A stretch of 64,000 nucleotides of DNA from an uncultured Actinomycetes bacterium (GCA_963839755.1 CAWIVU010000008.1:228263-292262); one strand, 5' to 3'. Shown: positions 1 through 10,037, counted from the first letter of the stretch. Numbers and translations: made by a program. Notes: generated by a model not told the origin, from the letters alone.

Positions 1-608
1 AGAAACCCGGGCCGCTGACGGCGGATGAGTGGGAGCAGGTGCGCCTGCACCCTTACCACACCGAGCGCGTCCTCTCGCGCTCGTCGTTTCTCTCCGAACT
101 ATCGCGTATCGCGGAGGCGCATCACGAGCGCCTCGACGGATCCGGCTATCACCGGCGGGCGACCGGCGCGGAGCTCGGCGTTCCTGCGCGGCTGCTCGCC
201 GCCGCTGACGCGTACCACGCGATGACCGAGCCACGACCCCATCGTGAGCCGCTTCCGCCCGAGCGGGCGGCGCAGATCCTCGCCGGGGAGGCACGAGCCG
301 GACGACTCGACCCCGATGCCGTCGCCGCGGTGCTCGAGGCCGCGGGCCAGCGAGCGCCGCGCATCGAGCGTCCGGCGGGTCTGACGGAGCGCGAGGTCGA
401 GGTGGTCGCGATGCTCGCCCGCGGACTGCAGACCAAGGAGGTCGCACGGGCGCTCGGAATCTCGGTCAAGACCGCCGACCGCCATATCCAGAACGCCTAC
501 CGCAAGATCGGCGTCTCCTCCCGGGCCGCAGCAACGCTGTTCGCGATGGAGCACGGGCTCGTGGCATGGGGAGAACTCCCGATTGTCCGGTCTGCAGCGC
601 ACTCCTAG
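1..608 (+). CDS. HD-GYP domain / LuxR-type HTH transcriptional regulator (5' partial)
   Basis: Frame is open from the window start (KPGPLTADEWEQVRLHPY). Contains HHERLDGSGY and a C-terminal LTEREVEV...IS.KT...HIQNAYRKIGVSSR LuxR HTH. Paralog of 13595-15187. Confidence 0.9.
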   Translation, partial: KPGPLTADEWEQVRLHPYHTERVLSRSSFLSELSRIAEAHHERLDGSGYHRRATGAELGVPARLLAAADAYHAMTEPRPHREPLPPERAAQILAGEARAGRLDPDAVAAVLEAAGQRAPRIERPAGLTEREVEVVAMLARGLQTKEVARALGISVKTADRHIQNAYRKIGVSSRAAATLFAMEHGLVAWGELPIVRSAAHS

Positions 609-611
609 CGT
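566..611 (+). promoter_or_regulatory. Putative operator (ATGGGGAGAACTCCCGAT) plus -10 (TAGCGT) within the regulator 3' end
   Basis: Palindromic core GGGAG-AA-CTCCC at 566-583, then a 22-nt gap, then TAGCGT at 606-611. Same spacing at 15145-15190 and, inverted, at 13364-13409. Confidence 0.6.
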
Positions 612-658
612 CGATTGCGGCTCGACGGCCGTCGAGCGCGGACACGAAGGAGGACGCC

Positions 659-1531
659 ATGAGCACGCATGCCCTCAATCCGGAACGCGAGGCGGTGCTC
701 GCGATCGCCGAGGCGATCGCTCCCACCTGGGAGCGTCGCCGGGCCGACATCGAGGAGGTCGCGACGCCGGTTCGCGAATGGATGCTGCGCGAGCTCCGCC
801 CCAAGGAGGGAGACACGGTGCTTGAGCTCGCCGCCGGGATCGGTGACACCGGGTTCGAGGCCGCCCGGATCATCGGCGACAGCGGCCGCCTGATCACGAG
901 CGACTTCTCGCCCGCGATGCTCGACGCCGCTCGCCGGCGTGGCTCCGAGCTCGGTCTGACGAACGTCGACTACCGGCTGATCGACGCCGAGCGGATCGAA
1001 CTCGCCGATCATTCGGTCGACGGGGTCCTCTGCCGGTTCGGCTACATGCTGTTGGCCGATCCTTCGGCCGCGTTCGCGGAGACCCGCCGGGTCCTGCGCT
1101 CGGGTGGTCGGCTCGCGCTCGCCGTCTGGGGCAGCCTGGAGCAAAACCCGTTCTTCGCGATTATCGGAATCAGCCTCGTACAGCGCGGCCACATTCCGCC
1201 GCCCGAGCCCCCGCCTGCTCCGGGCCCGTTCAGCCTGGCGAACGCCGAGCGCCTCGAGGGGTTGTCGCGAGACGCGGGCTTCACCCAGGTGCGCACCGAG
1301 GAGGTGCGCGGGCGGTTCATGATCCCGGACGTGGACGAGTACCTGAGCGTGATCGCCGACACCGCCGGTCCGATCGCGCTCGTCCTGCAGGGACTGGCCG
1401 AGGCCGAGCGTGCTGAGGTCAGGGCAGATGTCGAGGACTCGCTCAGGCGATACGCAGCCGAGAGCGGCTACGAGTTGCCTTGCGTCGCGCTCTGCGCCGT
1501 GGCGAGGTCAGGGCTGCCGATGAGGGTCTGA
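659..1531 (+). CDS. Class I SAM-dependent methyltransferase
   Basis: VLELAAGIGDTG motif I, SDFSPAML and VLRSGGRL motifs. GAAGGAGG RBS before ATG 659. Confidence 0.88.
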   Translation: MSTHALNPEREAVLAIAEAIAPTWERRRADIEEVATPVREWMLRELRPKEGDTVLELAAGIGDTGFEAARIIGDSGRLITSDFSPAMLDAARRRGSELGLTNVDYRLIDAERIELADHSVDGVLCRFGYMLLADPSAAFAETRRVLRSGGRLALAVWGSLEQNPFFAIIGISLVQRGHIPPPEPPPAPGPFSLANAERLEGLSRDAGFTQVRTEEVRGRFMIPDVDEYLSVIADTAGPIALVLQGLAEAERAEVRADVEDSLRRYAAESGYELPCVALCAVARSGLPMRV

Positions 1532-1774
1532 TGAGCAGGGACGGCGATAACTGACCGGAGGTCATAGGTTGCCTGCACAGACGCCGTAACTCGACGCTAA
1601 GGCTCCTTGTAGTCCTTCGTCAAAAATCAGCCAGCAGGAATTGTCGATTTGCAGGGCTTTCGAGCGATGAGCTCATCTCCGAGGTTGGTTGAGTGCTGCC
1701 CGTCTGCTGCCCGAGATCAGGCAACTCGCGCCTTTTGAGGCAACGAAGCTTGCCGATTTGCAGGGGCTTCAAGA

Positions 1775-1818
1775 GACGGGAGCGACGGGACTCGAACCCG
1801 CGACCTCCGGCGTGACAG
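1775..1818 (-). repeat. 3'-half fragment of tRNA-Asp(GTC), att-like
   Basis: Reverse complement CTGTCACGCCGGAGGTCGCGGGTTCGAGTCCCGTCGCTCCCGTC gives the GTC anticodon, T arm and acceptor 3' strand. The 5' half is absent. Confidence 0.8.
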
Positions 1819-2022
1819 TTCTGTCCGACGGTGGTGAACGTCGGTGGCCGGTGGTCAGAAGCTAGGAAACAAGCGCTCCGAGCGAAACTCTCCGGTCGGC
1901 ATTGGTCAGCGATTGTCGGTGTGATCTGACACGAATCTGACCCACCGCTTGCAGTGAGGCCCCCGGCTGGGCGACATATCTTTGTCACCACTGTGCGCCT
2001 CACGGAGCCAAAGGAGCCCGAC

Positions 2023-2661
2023 GTGGAGAAGATCGGTGATTGCGTGTACCACTTGCCGGACATCGTCGGAGGGCCGAGCATGTTGCTTGGCCAGAGGGTC
2101 GTTCTCGTCGACACCGGAGTGCCCGACAGCGAGGAAGCGATCCTTGCCGCGGTCGAGGAGATCGGGCGCAGTGCCGCGGATGTCACGGACATCGTGATCA
2201 CGCATGCCGACGGCGACCATGTGGGATCGCTCTCAGCGCTAGTCGCCCGGACCGGAGCAACGGTATGGGCCGGCGACCACGAGGCAGACGTGATTGAAGG
2301 CAAGGCGCCGGCTCGCGGCGGCGACACGAGTCGAACCGCGACAGTCGACCGTCGCTTCGTGCCCGGAGAGACGCTTCCGCTGCAGGGCGGCCTCGAGACG
2401 GTCGACACGCACGGCCATACCGCCGGCCACGTGTCCCTCTTCCTACCGGCGGAGCGGATTCTGATCGCAGGCGACGCAATCAACAACGTGGAAGGGCTAG
2501 GCGGATCTCGTGAGCAGTTCACGGCCAACGCAGCAGATGCACGCACGGCAGTCTCGACGCTCGCCGCGTTGCGCCCCGACTCCATCGTCTTCGGCCACGG
2601 CCCGTCGATCATTGGCGGTGCCGCCGAACAGCTCGAAGAGCTGGATCGCAGCCTCATGTGA
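2023..2661 (+). CDS. MBL-fold metallo-hydrolase
   Basis: THADGDHVG, GHTAGH, IAGDA and FGHG motifs. AAGGAG RBS before GTG 2023. Confidence 0.88.
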   Translation: MEKIGDCVYHLPDIVGGPSMLLGQRVVLVDTGVPDSEEAILAAVEEIGRSAADVTDIVITHADGDHVGSLSALVARTGATVWAGDHEADVIEGKAPARGGDTSRTATVDRRFVPGETLPLQGGLETVDTHGHTAGHVSLFLPAERILIAGDAINNVEGLGGSREQFTANAADARTAVSTLAALRPDSIVFGHGPSIIGGAAEQLEELDRSLM

Positions 2662-2769
2662 GCAGGCACCGCGGCGTGCCCGAACTCGCCGATTCTCGCG
2701 TGACCTGAGGCGCGGGATCGCCCACGGATGGAGCCAGCGCCGTACGAGGCAACTAGTCGAAAGCGGCGG

Positions 2770-2810
2770 GCGACAGCACTCGAACCCGCGACCTCCGGCG
2801 TGACAGGCCG
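2770..2810 (-). repeat. Second, degenerate 3'-half tRNA-Asp(GTC) fragment
   Basis: ACTCGAACCCGCGACCTCCGGCGTGACAG is identical to 1790-1818, but the T-stem flank is mutated. Confidence 0.75.
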
Positions 2811-3060
2811 CGAGAGGTGTGAACGGTCGCGGACGGGCAGCGACGAACGCCGGATCGTGCATGAATACCAGGCTCACGGTCGACGGGCCGCATCGCCACG
2901 CGGGTGCATGCACACCTTGAGCCGGGCGTTCTGGCGTTTTTCTGGCGTCAGATCCAGGTGTGGCAGGCTGCCGCGGTTCGAGTCCTGCACTCGAGTTGTG
3001 TTCGCGGGCTCCATGGAGCGCGACCGTCGCCTCGCGCGCGAATTTTCCATACTTCAGGTC

Positions 3061-3888
3061 GTGACCGAGTACGACCCCGACGCATTCGATGCGTTCGAGG
3101 AAGCCGGCTGGACGACGAAGGAGGCCACCGCCTACCACGGGCTCTTGGGGCGCGTGACATCGCAGGTCGCAGAGCCGCTCCTCGATGCGGTGGGCGCCCG
3201 CCGGGGGACACGGCTCCTCGATGTCGCGACAGGCCCCGGCTATGTCGCTGCAAGAGCGGCCGAGCGCGGCGCGGAGCCGATTGGCATCGACTTCTCCGAC
3301 ACGATGCTCGCCTATGCACGCGCCCACGTAGCGGGCGTCGAGTTCGTGCACGGAGACGCGACCGCGCTGCCGTTCGGGGACGAGTCGTTCGACGCGGTCG
3401 TCGCGGCTTTCGTGCTTCTGCATCTTGGAACTCCTGAGCGAGCGGTCGACGAGGCCGCTCGGGTGCTGCGATCCGGCGGCCGCGCTGCGTTCAGCGTGTG
3501 GGACGAGCCGGCGCGAGGTCGCTGGATCGGGATTTTCTTCGAGGCGTTCGTGGCTGCGGGAGCGCGTCCCCCTGCCGATGTTCCCGCGGGACCGAACTTC
3601 TTCACGTTCGCAGACGACGCGCAGTTCGCGTCGCTGTTGGAGGGCGCCGGGCTCACCGACGTGACGGTCGATACCGTCGAGTTCGGTCTCGACCTGGCTG
3701 ATGGCGACGAGCTCTGGGACGGACTTCTCGAGGGGGCCGTGCGGGTTCGCCCGATGATCCTCGGTCAGACGGAGGAGCTGCGGCGTGAGATTCACTCGCG
3801 CTTCACCGAGCTTCTCGAGGCATACCGCACGCAGGATGGCTTCGACATCCCCGTTGCGGTCAAGCTCGCCTCGGGAACGAAAACGTGA
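3061..3888 (+). CDS. Class I SAM-dependent methyltransferase
   Basis: LLDVATGPG, IDFSDTML, GDATALPF and VLRSGGR motifs. Start inferred at GTG 3061. Confidence 0.88.
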   Translation: MTEYDPDAFDAFEEAGWTTKEATAYHGLLGRVTSQVAEPLLDAVGARRGTRLLDVATGPGYVAARAAERGAEPIGIDFSDTMLAYARAHVAGVEFVHGDATALPFGDESFDAVVAAFVLLHLGTPERAVDEAARVLRSGGRAAFSVWDEPARGRWIGIFFEAFVAAGARPPADVPAGPNFFTFADDAQFASLLEGAGLTDVTVDTVEFGLDLADGDELWDGLLEGAVRVRPMILGQTEELRREIHSRFTELLEAYRTQDGFDIPVAVKLASGTKT

Positions 3889-4185
3889 CGATCTCGCATC
3901 GATCGAGGAGTGCCTCGCGCTCAGCGAGGTGCTTGTTGATCAGCGCTTCTACCTTGCTCACCATCGGCGTCCGTTCGTCTCCCGACACCCAGTTGACGAA
4001 GTTGTTCTGTCGAGCACGTCCGTCCGTCCGTAGGTGTCGTAGACCGCACCTACGATGGCGCTCGCCAGCTCCCGGTCGCACTCCATGGCCCGCAGAGCGC
4101 CCGCGAGCACTTGCTGCCAGTGATAGACCTTGAAGTCGTCTTCGAGCCCCTCACGTCCGGTGACGAGAGTTTCTAGGCTGTCGCC

Positions 4186-4767
4186 ATGGCGGACGACTTC
4201 GCGGTCAGGGCGCTCACGCCGGAGACGTGGGACGCGTTCGCGGCGCTGGTGGAGAAGCACAACGGCATCTTCGGGGGCTGCTGGTGTATCTGGTTCCATC
4301 CGGACGGACCCGAACGCGGGCAGGGATACGAGGGCAACCGAAGGCTCAAGCGCACGTACGTCGAGCAGGGCCGTGCCCATGCAGCGCTGGTCTTCGACGG
4401 CGACCAGGCGGTGGCCTGGTGCCAGTACGGCACGCCGGAGGAGCTGCCGAACATGAAACACCGCAAGGACTACGAGTCCGCCGGCGACCCGCCACCCGAC
4501 TACCGGCTGACGTGCATCTTCATCGACCGCGACTACCGCAGGAAGGGTTTGACCTCGATCGCCCTCCACGGCGCCCTCGACCTCATCGCGCAGGCCGGCG
4601 GCGGGGTGGTCGAGGGCTACCCCCAGGACCTCTTCGACGGCCGCCGGGTCGGCAACTCGTTCCTCTACAACAGCACCCGCGCCCTCTACGAACGTGCCGG
4701 CTTCAGCTACGTCCGACCGAAGGGCAAGAACCACACCGTGATGCGTCGGACAGTCGACGCGGGTTGA
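4186..4767 (+). CDS. GNAT family N-acetyltransferase
   Basis: CWC N-terminal motif, CIFIDRDYRRKG acetyl-CoA motif A, VEGYP, LYERAGF. Confidence 0.85.
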   Translation: MADDFAVRALTPETWDAFAALVEKHNGIFGGCWCIWFHPDGPERGQGYEGNRRLKRTYVEQGRAHAALVFDGDQAVAWCQYGTPEELPNMKHRKDYESAGDPPPDYRLTCIFIDRDYRRKGLTSIALHGALDLIAQAGGGVVEGYPQDLFDGRRVGNSFLYNSTRALYERAGFSYVRPKGKNHTVMRRTVDAG

Positions 4768-5139
4768 GGTGGACCCGGCGTCGTAGCCGTGGCGGGCCGA
4801 CGCCTTCCCGCGGACGTGTGACCCGATCGTCTACCGTCCGTAGTGGCGGGTCCCACGTCCTTAACGGGAGCCGCGCCATCCCCTCAGCGCGTCGCGGCGG
4901 ACCCGCCTACGAAAGGCGTGAAGCTAGTGCGGGCGGCATCGGCTGGAACGGCAGTATTCCCAGCCGTCCCCCCGCGCCGCCCGCTGTCCGAATCCTGTCG
5001 GTGCCGCCGACCTCGTGGGCTAGACGCTGGGCCAGGGATTCGGGTCAGTAGGGCTAGTCCGGATCGTCCCGCCGCGTGGACGCGTCGTCCAGGCCCGGCT
5101 ACGATCAGTCCGTGGGACGCGGGCTGCTGACGGACGCTG

Positions 5140-5592
5140 TCACTCGCCTCGCGCTAGTGCGCCCAGCCGCTCGTGGTCGATGGCATGCACCAGCGCGTCT
5201 GCGTGACGATGCACGACCTCCCAATCCGATTCTGCGGTGCGCCGGCAGACCCACGTCACGCGAAGCGACCAGTCCTGCTCCGGGAGATCCCCGATCGTCC
5301 CGCGCTGTCGTTCGATGACGACGAGGACCGCCAGGTCGCCGGACGTGTAGCTCTCCACGACCTCGACCTGCGCCTCGCCGCCGCGAAAGAACTGTGCTAG
5401 AGCATCCAACGCCTCGTCTGAGTCGTCGAATCCTCGCACGGGGTCGCCACCGTACGGCGACATGAGTGTGTAGTCGTGCGCATGCTTGATCCGAGCGGCA
5501 TAGCCCTCGATATCGCCTGAAATCAGGGCTTGCGCCGCCTCAGCTATCCGTTGAACAAGTGCGGCCAGCTCTTCGTCGGTCACTGTAGACAA
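5140..5592 (-). CDS. NTF2-like / SnoaL-like (DUF4440) protein
   Basis: GDLAVLVVIER...LRVTWVCRR...WEVVHRHAD pattern is typical of this fold. Confidence 0.8.
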   Translation of the reverse strand: MSTVTDEELAALVQRIAEAAQALISGDIEGYAARIKHAHDYTLMSPYGGDPVRGFDDSDEALDALAQFFRGGEAQVEVVESYTSGDLAVLVVIERQRGTIGDLPEQDWSLRVTWVCRRTAESDWEVVHRHADALVHAIDHERLGALARGE

Positions 5593-6020
5593 GAGCCCAC
5601 ACCTCCCTGGCGTCGGATGCTGCGCATGCTACGGCCACTCGGAGCTCATGACTTCTGCCCGGCCTGCGCCGCAAGGGAGTTCGGATTTCGGCCCGATGTC
5701 GCGGCGACGTGGGAGCCGCTCCGCCGTCAGACGACCGAGCTGTCATAGCTCGCCTGCTCGAGGACTGTCCCAAGAGGAGATGCTGGAGCTGCGGGCGACG
5801 TTGCTGCAGGAGCACGTCTGGCGGCAGCGCGAAGGACTCGTTGGGTAGATGCCTTTGAGAGACGAACTTGCGATCTCGTTTGATGACCTTTCAGGCCAGC
5901 GACTTGGTCATGTGCTGAGCCGTGGCACACCTAGATCAGGGGTCGGGACGGAGAAATCAGGGTGCGGGATCAGGGTGGCGCACCGATGTCTCCGCGGCGC
6001 GTCTGCGACAGGCTCAACCC

Positions 6021-6225
6021 ATGTTCGCTCCGCTGCTCAACCGCCTCCCCGCACCGCGCGAAAGCCGCGTCGTGTTTGGCTCGAGCAGGCGCCACCTGGT
6101 CTGGGCGGGGCTCGCGGTTCTCTCCGCGGCCGTGCTGTTCGTCGGGCTCGACACGACGATCCTGAACGTGTTGCCGCTCCCCGATCAGCTCGGCGCCGAG
6201 GGCTCGGCCCTTCGCTGGATCGAGC
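6021..6225 (+). pseudogene. Remnant of an MFS (DHA2-type) transporter N-terminus
   Basis: LAVLSAAVLFVGLDTTILNVLP...LGAEGSALRWI resembles DHA2 TM1, then similarity stops abruptly. Confidence 0.5.
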
Positions 6226-6698
6226 GTGCCGAGGCGATCGCGAGCTGGTCGTGGACAGCGACGGTGGAGATCGGTCTCGTCGGGAGCGACCTGCTCATGA
6301 TGATCCCGCTGAGCATCCCGTCCTTCTCCTCAACATCCGCGTCGGCCGCGCTCTCGATCCTCCGGTCTTGGTAGTCCGAGTCGGTCATGTGGCCGACGCC
6401 GGTGCGGCTGGGGCTTTCGGCAACTAGCCGGGACTCGAATGTTCGTGCGCGAACCGGCGAGCACCAGATGTGCGCCACCGACCAAGCCAGACGTCATCGC
6501 AGGCCGTTGACCTGTCCCCAAGATCTGTCCCCAGATCGTCGATGTCCCTGCTCTGGGAGCAGAAAGCTCCCACGGGGCCCTCTTCAAGCCGTTTTCCGCG
6601 CACTCTCTGGGCGTCCGCAATCATCGAGGCCCTCCGTGTTAAAGAGGTGCTCGGTTGTACCAACCCGGGCAACAAAAACCTCCGTTTTGCGGGGATTT

Positions 6699-6748
6699 TA
6701 GAGCCCTCTGACGGACTCGAACCGTCGACCCCCTCCTTACCATGGAGG
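6699..6748 (-). repeat. 50-bp direct repeat of the tRNA-Thr(GGT) 3' end (att site)
   Basis: TAGAGCCCTCTGACGGACTCGAACCGTCGACCCCCTCCTTACCATGGAGG is identical at 6699-6748 and 18726-18775. Confidence 0.92.
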
Positions 6749-6983
6749 ATTAACGGTGTGGAGGAGGGCGGAGGAAAAGCGCTTGCTACCTCGTTTTCCC
6801 CGCAGCTAAGCCGTTTCGGCTGTCTGGTGCACCCTTCCTCGAAGGGCCCTGAGTCTCCCTGGCGAGCCTCGAACCTGTCCCCAAAATCTGTCCCCAAGAT
6901 CAGTCGCGGCCTGCAGTCGAGGCCCGGCGTTGAGCCAATCTGAGTTCGCTGCACTGTCTGCATTCGAGGCCCGCGGTGGGCGG

Positions 6984-8438
6984 TCAATCGTCGAGGCTCG
7001 TCCATAGCTGAAGGGCGGCGTATGCACGCCAGGGCCGCCACCGTTGCTGCAGGGCGGCGAGCGAGTGGGGGTCGTCGGGGCGACCCAGAGCCTTGAGTGC
7101 GCGGCGAAGGGGGGCGTCGCCTTGCGGGAACGCATCGGGATCGTGGAATCCTCGCATCGCGACGTACGCGGCCGTCCAGAGTCCGATCCCAGGAATAGCG
7201 CGTAGCCGGGTGAGCGCCTCCGTCGGGTCTGAGCCGCCGTCGACGCGGACTTCACCGCTCGCGAGGCGGGCGGCGAGTGTCTGCAACGTTTCACGGCGTG
7301 GGCCAAGCCCGGCAAGCCCCTCGAGGTCGGCTTCGGCGAGGACAGCCGCGGCCGGGAAACGATGTGTCACCGTTCCGAGCGGCTGGTCCAGCGGCGTACC
7401 GAACGTCTCGACGAGACGGGCCGTTCGTGCCCGTGCTGCCTTCGGCGACACGTGCTGGCCGAGCACCGCGCGCAGGGCGAGCTCGTCGCCGTCGACGCAG
7501 CCGGGCACTCGCATCCCCGGCCGCGCCCGGACAAGGCCGCCGATCACCTCGTCGCGGCCGAGCGCCTCGGCGATGGCCAGCGGGTCGGCGTCGAGGTCGA
7601 GCAAGCGCCGACAGCGTGCAACTGCCGTTCCGAGGTCGCGAAGATCGTCGAGGCGGAGGACGCAGCGGACGGCACGCGCGTCCGGGGTCAGCTCGACGAC
7701 CCCGGCGCCGTGAGTGAGCGTGAGCGCTCGCCGATAGGTGTCGCCGCTGACCTCTTCGAGACCGGGGACGGCTCGCACTTCGAGGAACCGCAGCAGGGCG
7801 TCTCCGTCGAATGGTTCCCGGCAGCTCAGGCGAAGGTCGACGACTCCCAGGGGCCGGGGGCGCGACCCCTTCGATCGGCGCCGCATCTCGCTCGGGGTCG
7901 AGGCGAAGACGTCTCTGATCGTGTCGTTGAATTGGCGGACGCTATGGAATCCTGCCGCAAAGGCGGCATCGGCAAAGGGCATGGCGGTCGACTCGATCAG
8001 ATGCCGGGCGGTGTTGGCGCGCTGGGCGCGCGCGAGTGCGACCGGGGTGGCGCCAACCTGCTCGGCGAGGAGTCGCCGAAGATGGCGTTCGCTGAAGCCC
8101 AATCGCCTGGCGAGCCCGGGGACGCCTTCGCGGTCGACGGTGCCGTCCGCAATCAAGCGCATGGCGCGCGCCACCCGGTCGGCGCGCCAGTTCCAATCGG
8201 GGGAGCCGGGGGCCGCGTCGGGGCGGCAGCGCTTGCACGCGCGGAAGCCGGCCGACTGCGCGGCCGCCGCCGTCGGGTAGAAGCGGACGTTCGCGCGCTT
8301 CGGTTGCCGCGCGGGGCAGCTCGGCCGGCAGTAGAGCCTCGTCGACGTGGCGGCGATGAAGAAGATGCCGTCGTAGCGCGGGTCACGGCTCTCGCTCAGC
8401 CGGTAGCAACTCTCGAAGTCCTCGACGATGCTGCTCAT
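6984..8438 (-). CDS. alkA: Ada-AlkA bifunctional regulator / DNA-3-methyladenine glycosylase II
   Basis: Ada Zn motif CRPSC...RACKRC, AraC HTH, AlkA N-domain, HhH IPGIGLWTA, WRPWRAYA. Confidence 0.9.
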   Translation of the reverse strand: MSSIVEDFESCYRLSESRDPRYDGIFFIAATSTRLYCRPSCPARQPKRANVRFYPTAAAAQSAGFRACKRCRPDAAPGSPDWNWRADRVARAMRLIADGTVDREGVPGLARRLGFSERHLRRLLAEQVGATPVALARAQRANTARHLIESTAMPFADAAFAAGFHSVRQFNDTIRDVFASTPSEMRRRSKGSRPRPLGVVDLRLSCREPFDGDALLRFLEVRAVPGLEEVSGDTYRRALTLTHGAGVVELTPDARAVRCVLRLDDLRDLGTAVARCRRLLDLDADPLAIAEALGRDEVIGGLVRARPGMRVPGCVDGDELALRAVLGQHVSPKAARARTARLVETFGTPLDQPLGTVTHRFPAAAVLAEADLEGLAGLGPRRETLQTLAARLASGEVRVDGGSDPTEALTRLRAIPGIGLWTAAYVAMRGFHDPDAFPQGDAPLRRALKALGRPDDPHSLAALQQRWRPWRAYAALQLWTSLDD

Positions 8439-8569
8439 CGTCGCATCCGGCGTCGAGCGTACCAGCGGTTTTCGGCCAGCTCGGTGAGTGGCCACTCAGT
8501 TGGCCGAATCCCGCCAGTCGCGTCTCGGTAAACGGCGTAGCGTAGAGCTGGATGGCGGAAGGACAGCGC

Positions 8570-10026
8570 ATGAAGGCCAGCACCATCGACGTCGCCGGAC
8601 TCGACGGCGGCCTCGTCAGGCTGACGTCGGAGCAGCTCGACGAGCTGGATTCGCGAGTCAAGTGTCCCGTGCTTCGCTCGGTGGACGCGGGCTGGGACGA
8701 GGCTGTGCTGGTCTGGAACGGCATGGTCGCGAAGGTTCCCGCGCTGGTCCTCCAGCCGACTTCGGCCACCGACGTCGCTGCGGCGGTCGGATTCGCGCGT
8801 GACCACGGCTTGTTGCTGAGCATCAAGGGTGGAGGCCACAACATGGCCGGAACCTCGATCGCGGAGCGCGGTTTGACGCTCGACATGTCGCGCCTGCGCG
8901 ACGTCAGCGTCGACCCGGACGCGAGGCTCGCGCAAGGTCGGCGCTGGCTGTCTGCTCCAGGGCGTCGACCAGGCGACACAGGCGTACGGACTGGCAACGC
9001 CGTTGGGCTCCTTCTCCTCCGAGGTCGGGGTCGCCGGTCTGACACTCGGCGGAGGGTTGGGTTACCTGACGCGTCGCTTCGGCTGGACGGCGGACAACCT
9101 CGAGGCGGTCGAGATCGTCACCGCGGACGGCCGAGATCCGGACGGCCAGCCGTGACGAGAACCCCGATCTGTTCTGGGCGCTCCGCGGCGGTGGGGGCAA
9201 CTTCGGCGTCGTCACTCGGTTCACGTTTCGCCTCCACGAGGTCGGACCGATGGTCACCGGCGGCCTCGTCGTCTGGAGCGCCGACCGGGTCGACGACGTG
9301 CTCGCCGCCTATCGCGACTTGACCGAAGCCGCACCGCGCGAGTTGACCGCGGCCGTGACCGTGCGCCTCGCACCGCCGGCCCCGTTTCTCCCCGAGGAGT
9401 GGCACGGCAGACCCATCATCGGGCTGCTCGTCTGCCACAGCGGCGCGGACGCCCAGGCCGACCTCGTGCCCGTTCGCGCCCTCGGCGAGCCGATCGCCGA
9501 CCTCGTCACCGAGAAGCCCTACGCCGAGCAGCAGGCGATGCTCGACGGCATGGAACCCAAGGGGAACCACTATTACTGGAAGACCGAGTACCTGGCCGGG
9601 CTGTCGAATGGGTTCCTCGACACGTTCCGCGACTGTGCGTTGAAGGTGACGTCCCCGCTGTCGGAGTCGATCGTCATCCACCTGGCGGGCGCGCTGAACG
9701 AACGGGCCGACGACGACGGCGCGGTCGGCAACCGGGACGCCCGCTACATGACCGCGTTCGCCGGTCAGTGGCCCGCCGGCGTCCCCGATGACGAGCACGT
9801 CGCCTGGGTGCGAGGCGCCTGGAAGAGCGTCCGGCCCTTCTCGACGGGCGGCAACTACCTCAACTTCCAGACCACCGACGAAGACCTGGAGCGCCTCCGC
9901 GCGACCTACGGCGCGAACTTCGACCGCCTCGTCGAGGTCAAAGAGAAATACGACCCCGAGAACGTGTTCCGCTCGAACCGGAACATTCGTCCTCGAGCCC
10001 GAGTCGTGAAGGTAGGGCCGACATAA
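8570..10026 (+). CDS. FAD-binding oxidoreductase (BBE/VAO family), two apparent frameshifts
   Basis: IKGGGHN FAD motif, VGVAGLTLGGG, LRGGGGNFGVVT and YLNF...KEKYDPENVF. Frame changes near 8933 and 9132. Confidence 0.85.
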
Positions 10027-10037
10027 CCGCGCTACGG

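Noticed and set aside
2963-2990. GGTTCGAGTCC T-loop-like sequence on the plus strand
   Set aside because: No anticodon arm or acceptor stem can be built, and it is too short to call.
5600-6020. Short ORFs between the NTF2-like gene and the MFS remnant
   Set aside because: No convincing start, motif or codon bias. Probably decayed sequence.
1775-6748. The three tRNA-like stretches as functional tRNA genes
   Set aside because: All lack the 5' acceptor strand and D arm, so they are treated as att-like fragments.
6505-6905. CTGTCCCCA repeats as a CRISPR array
   Set aside because: The 9-bp units come in two doublets, with no regular repeat-spacer period and no cas genes.
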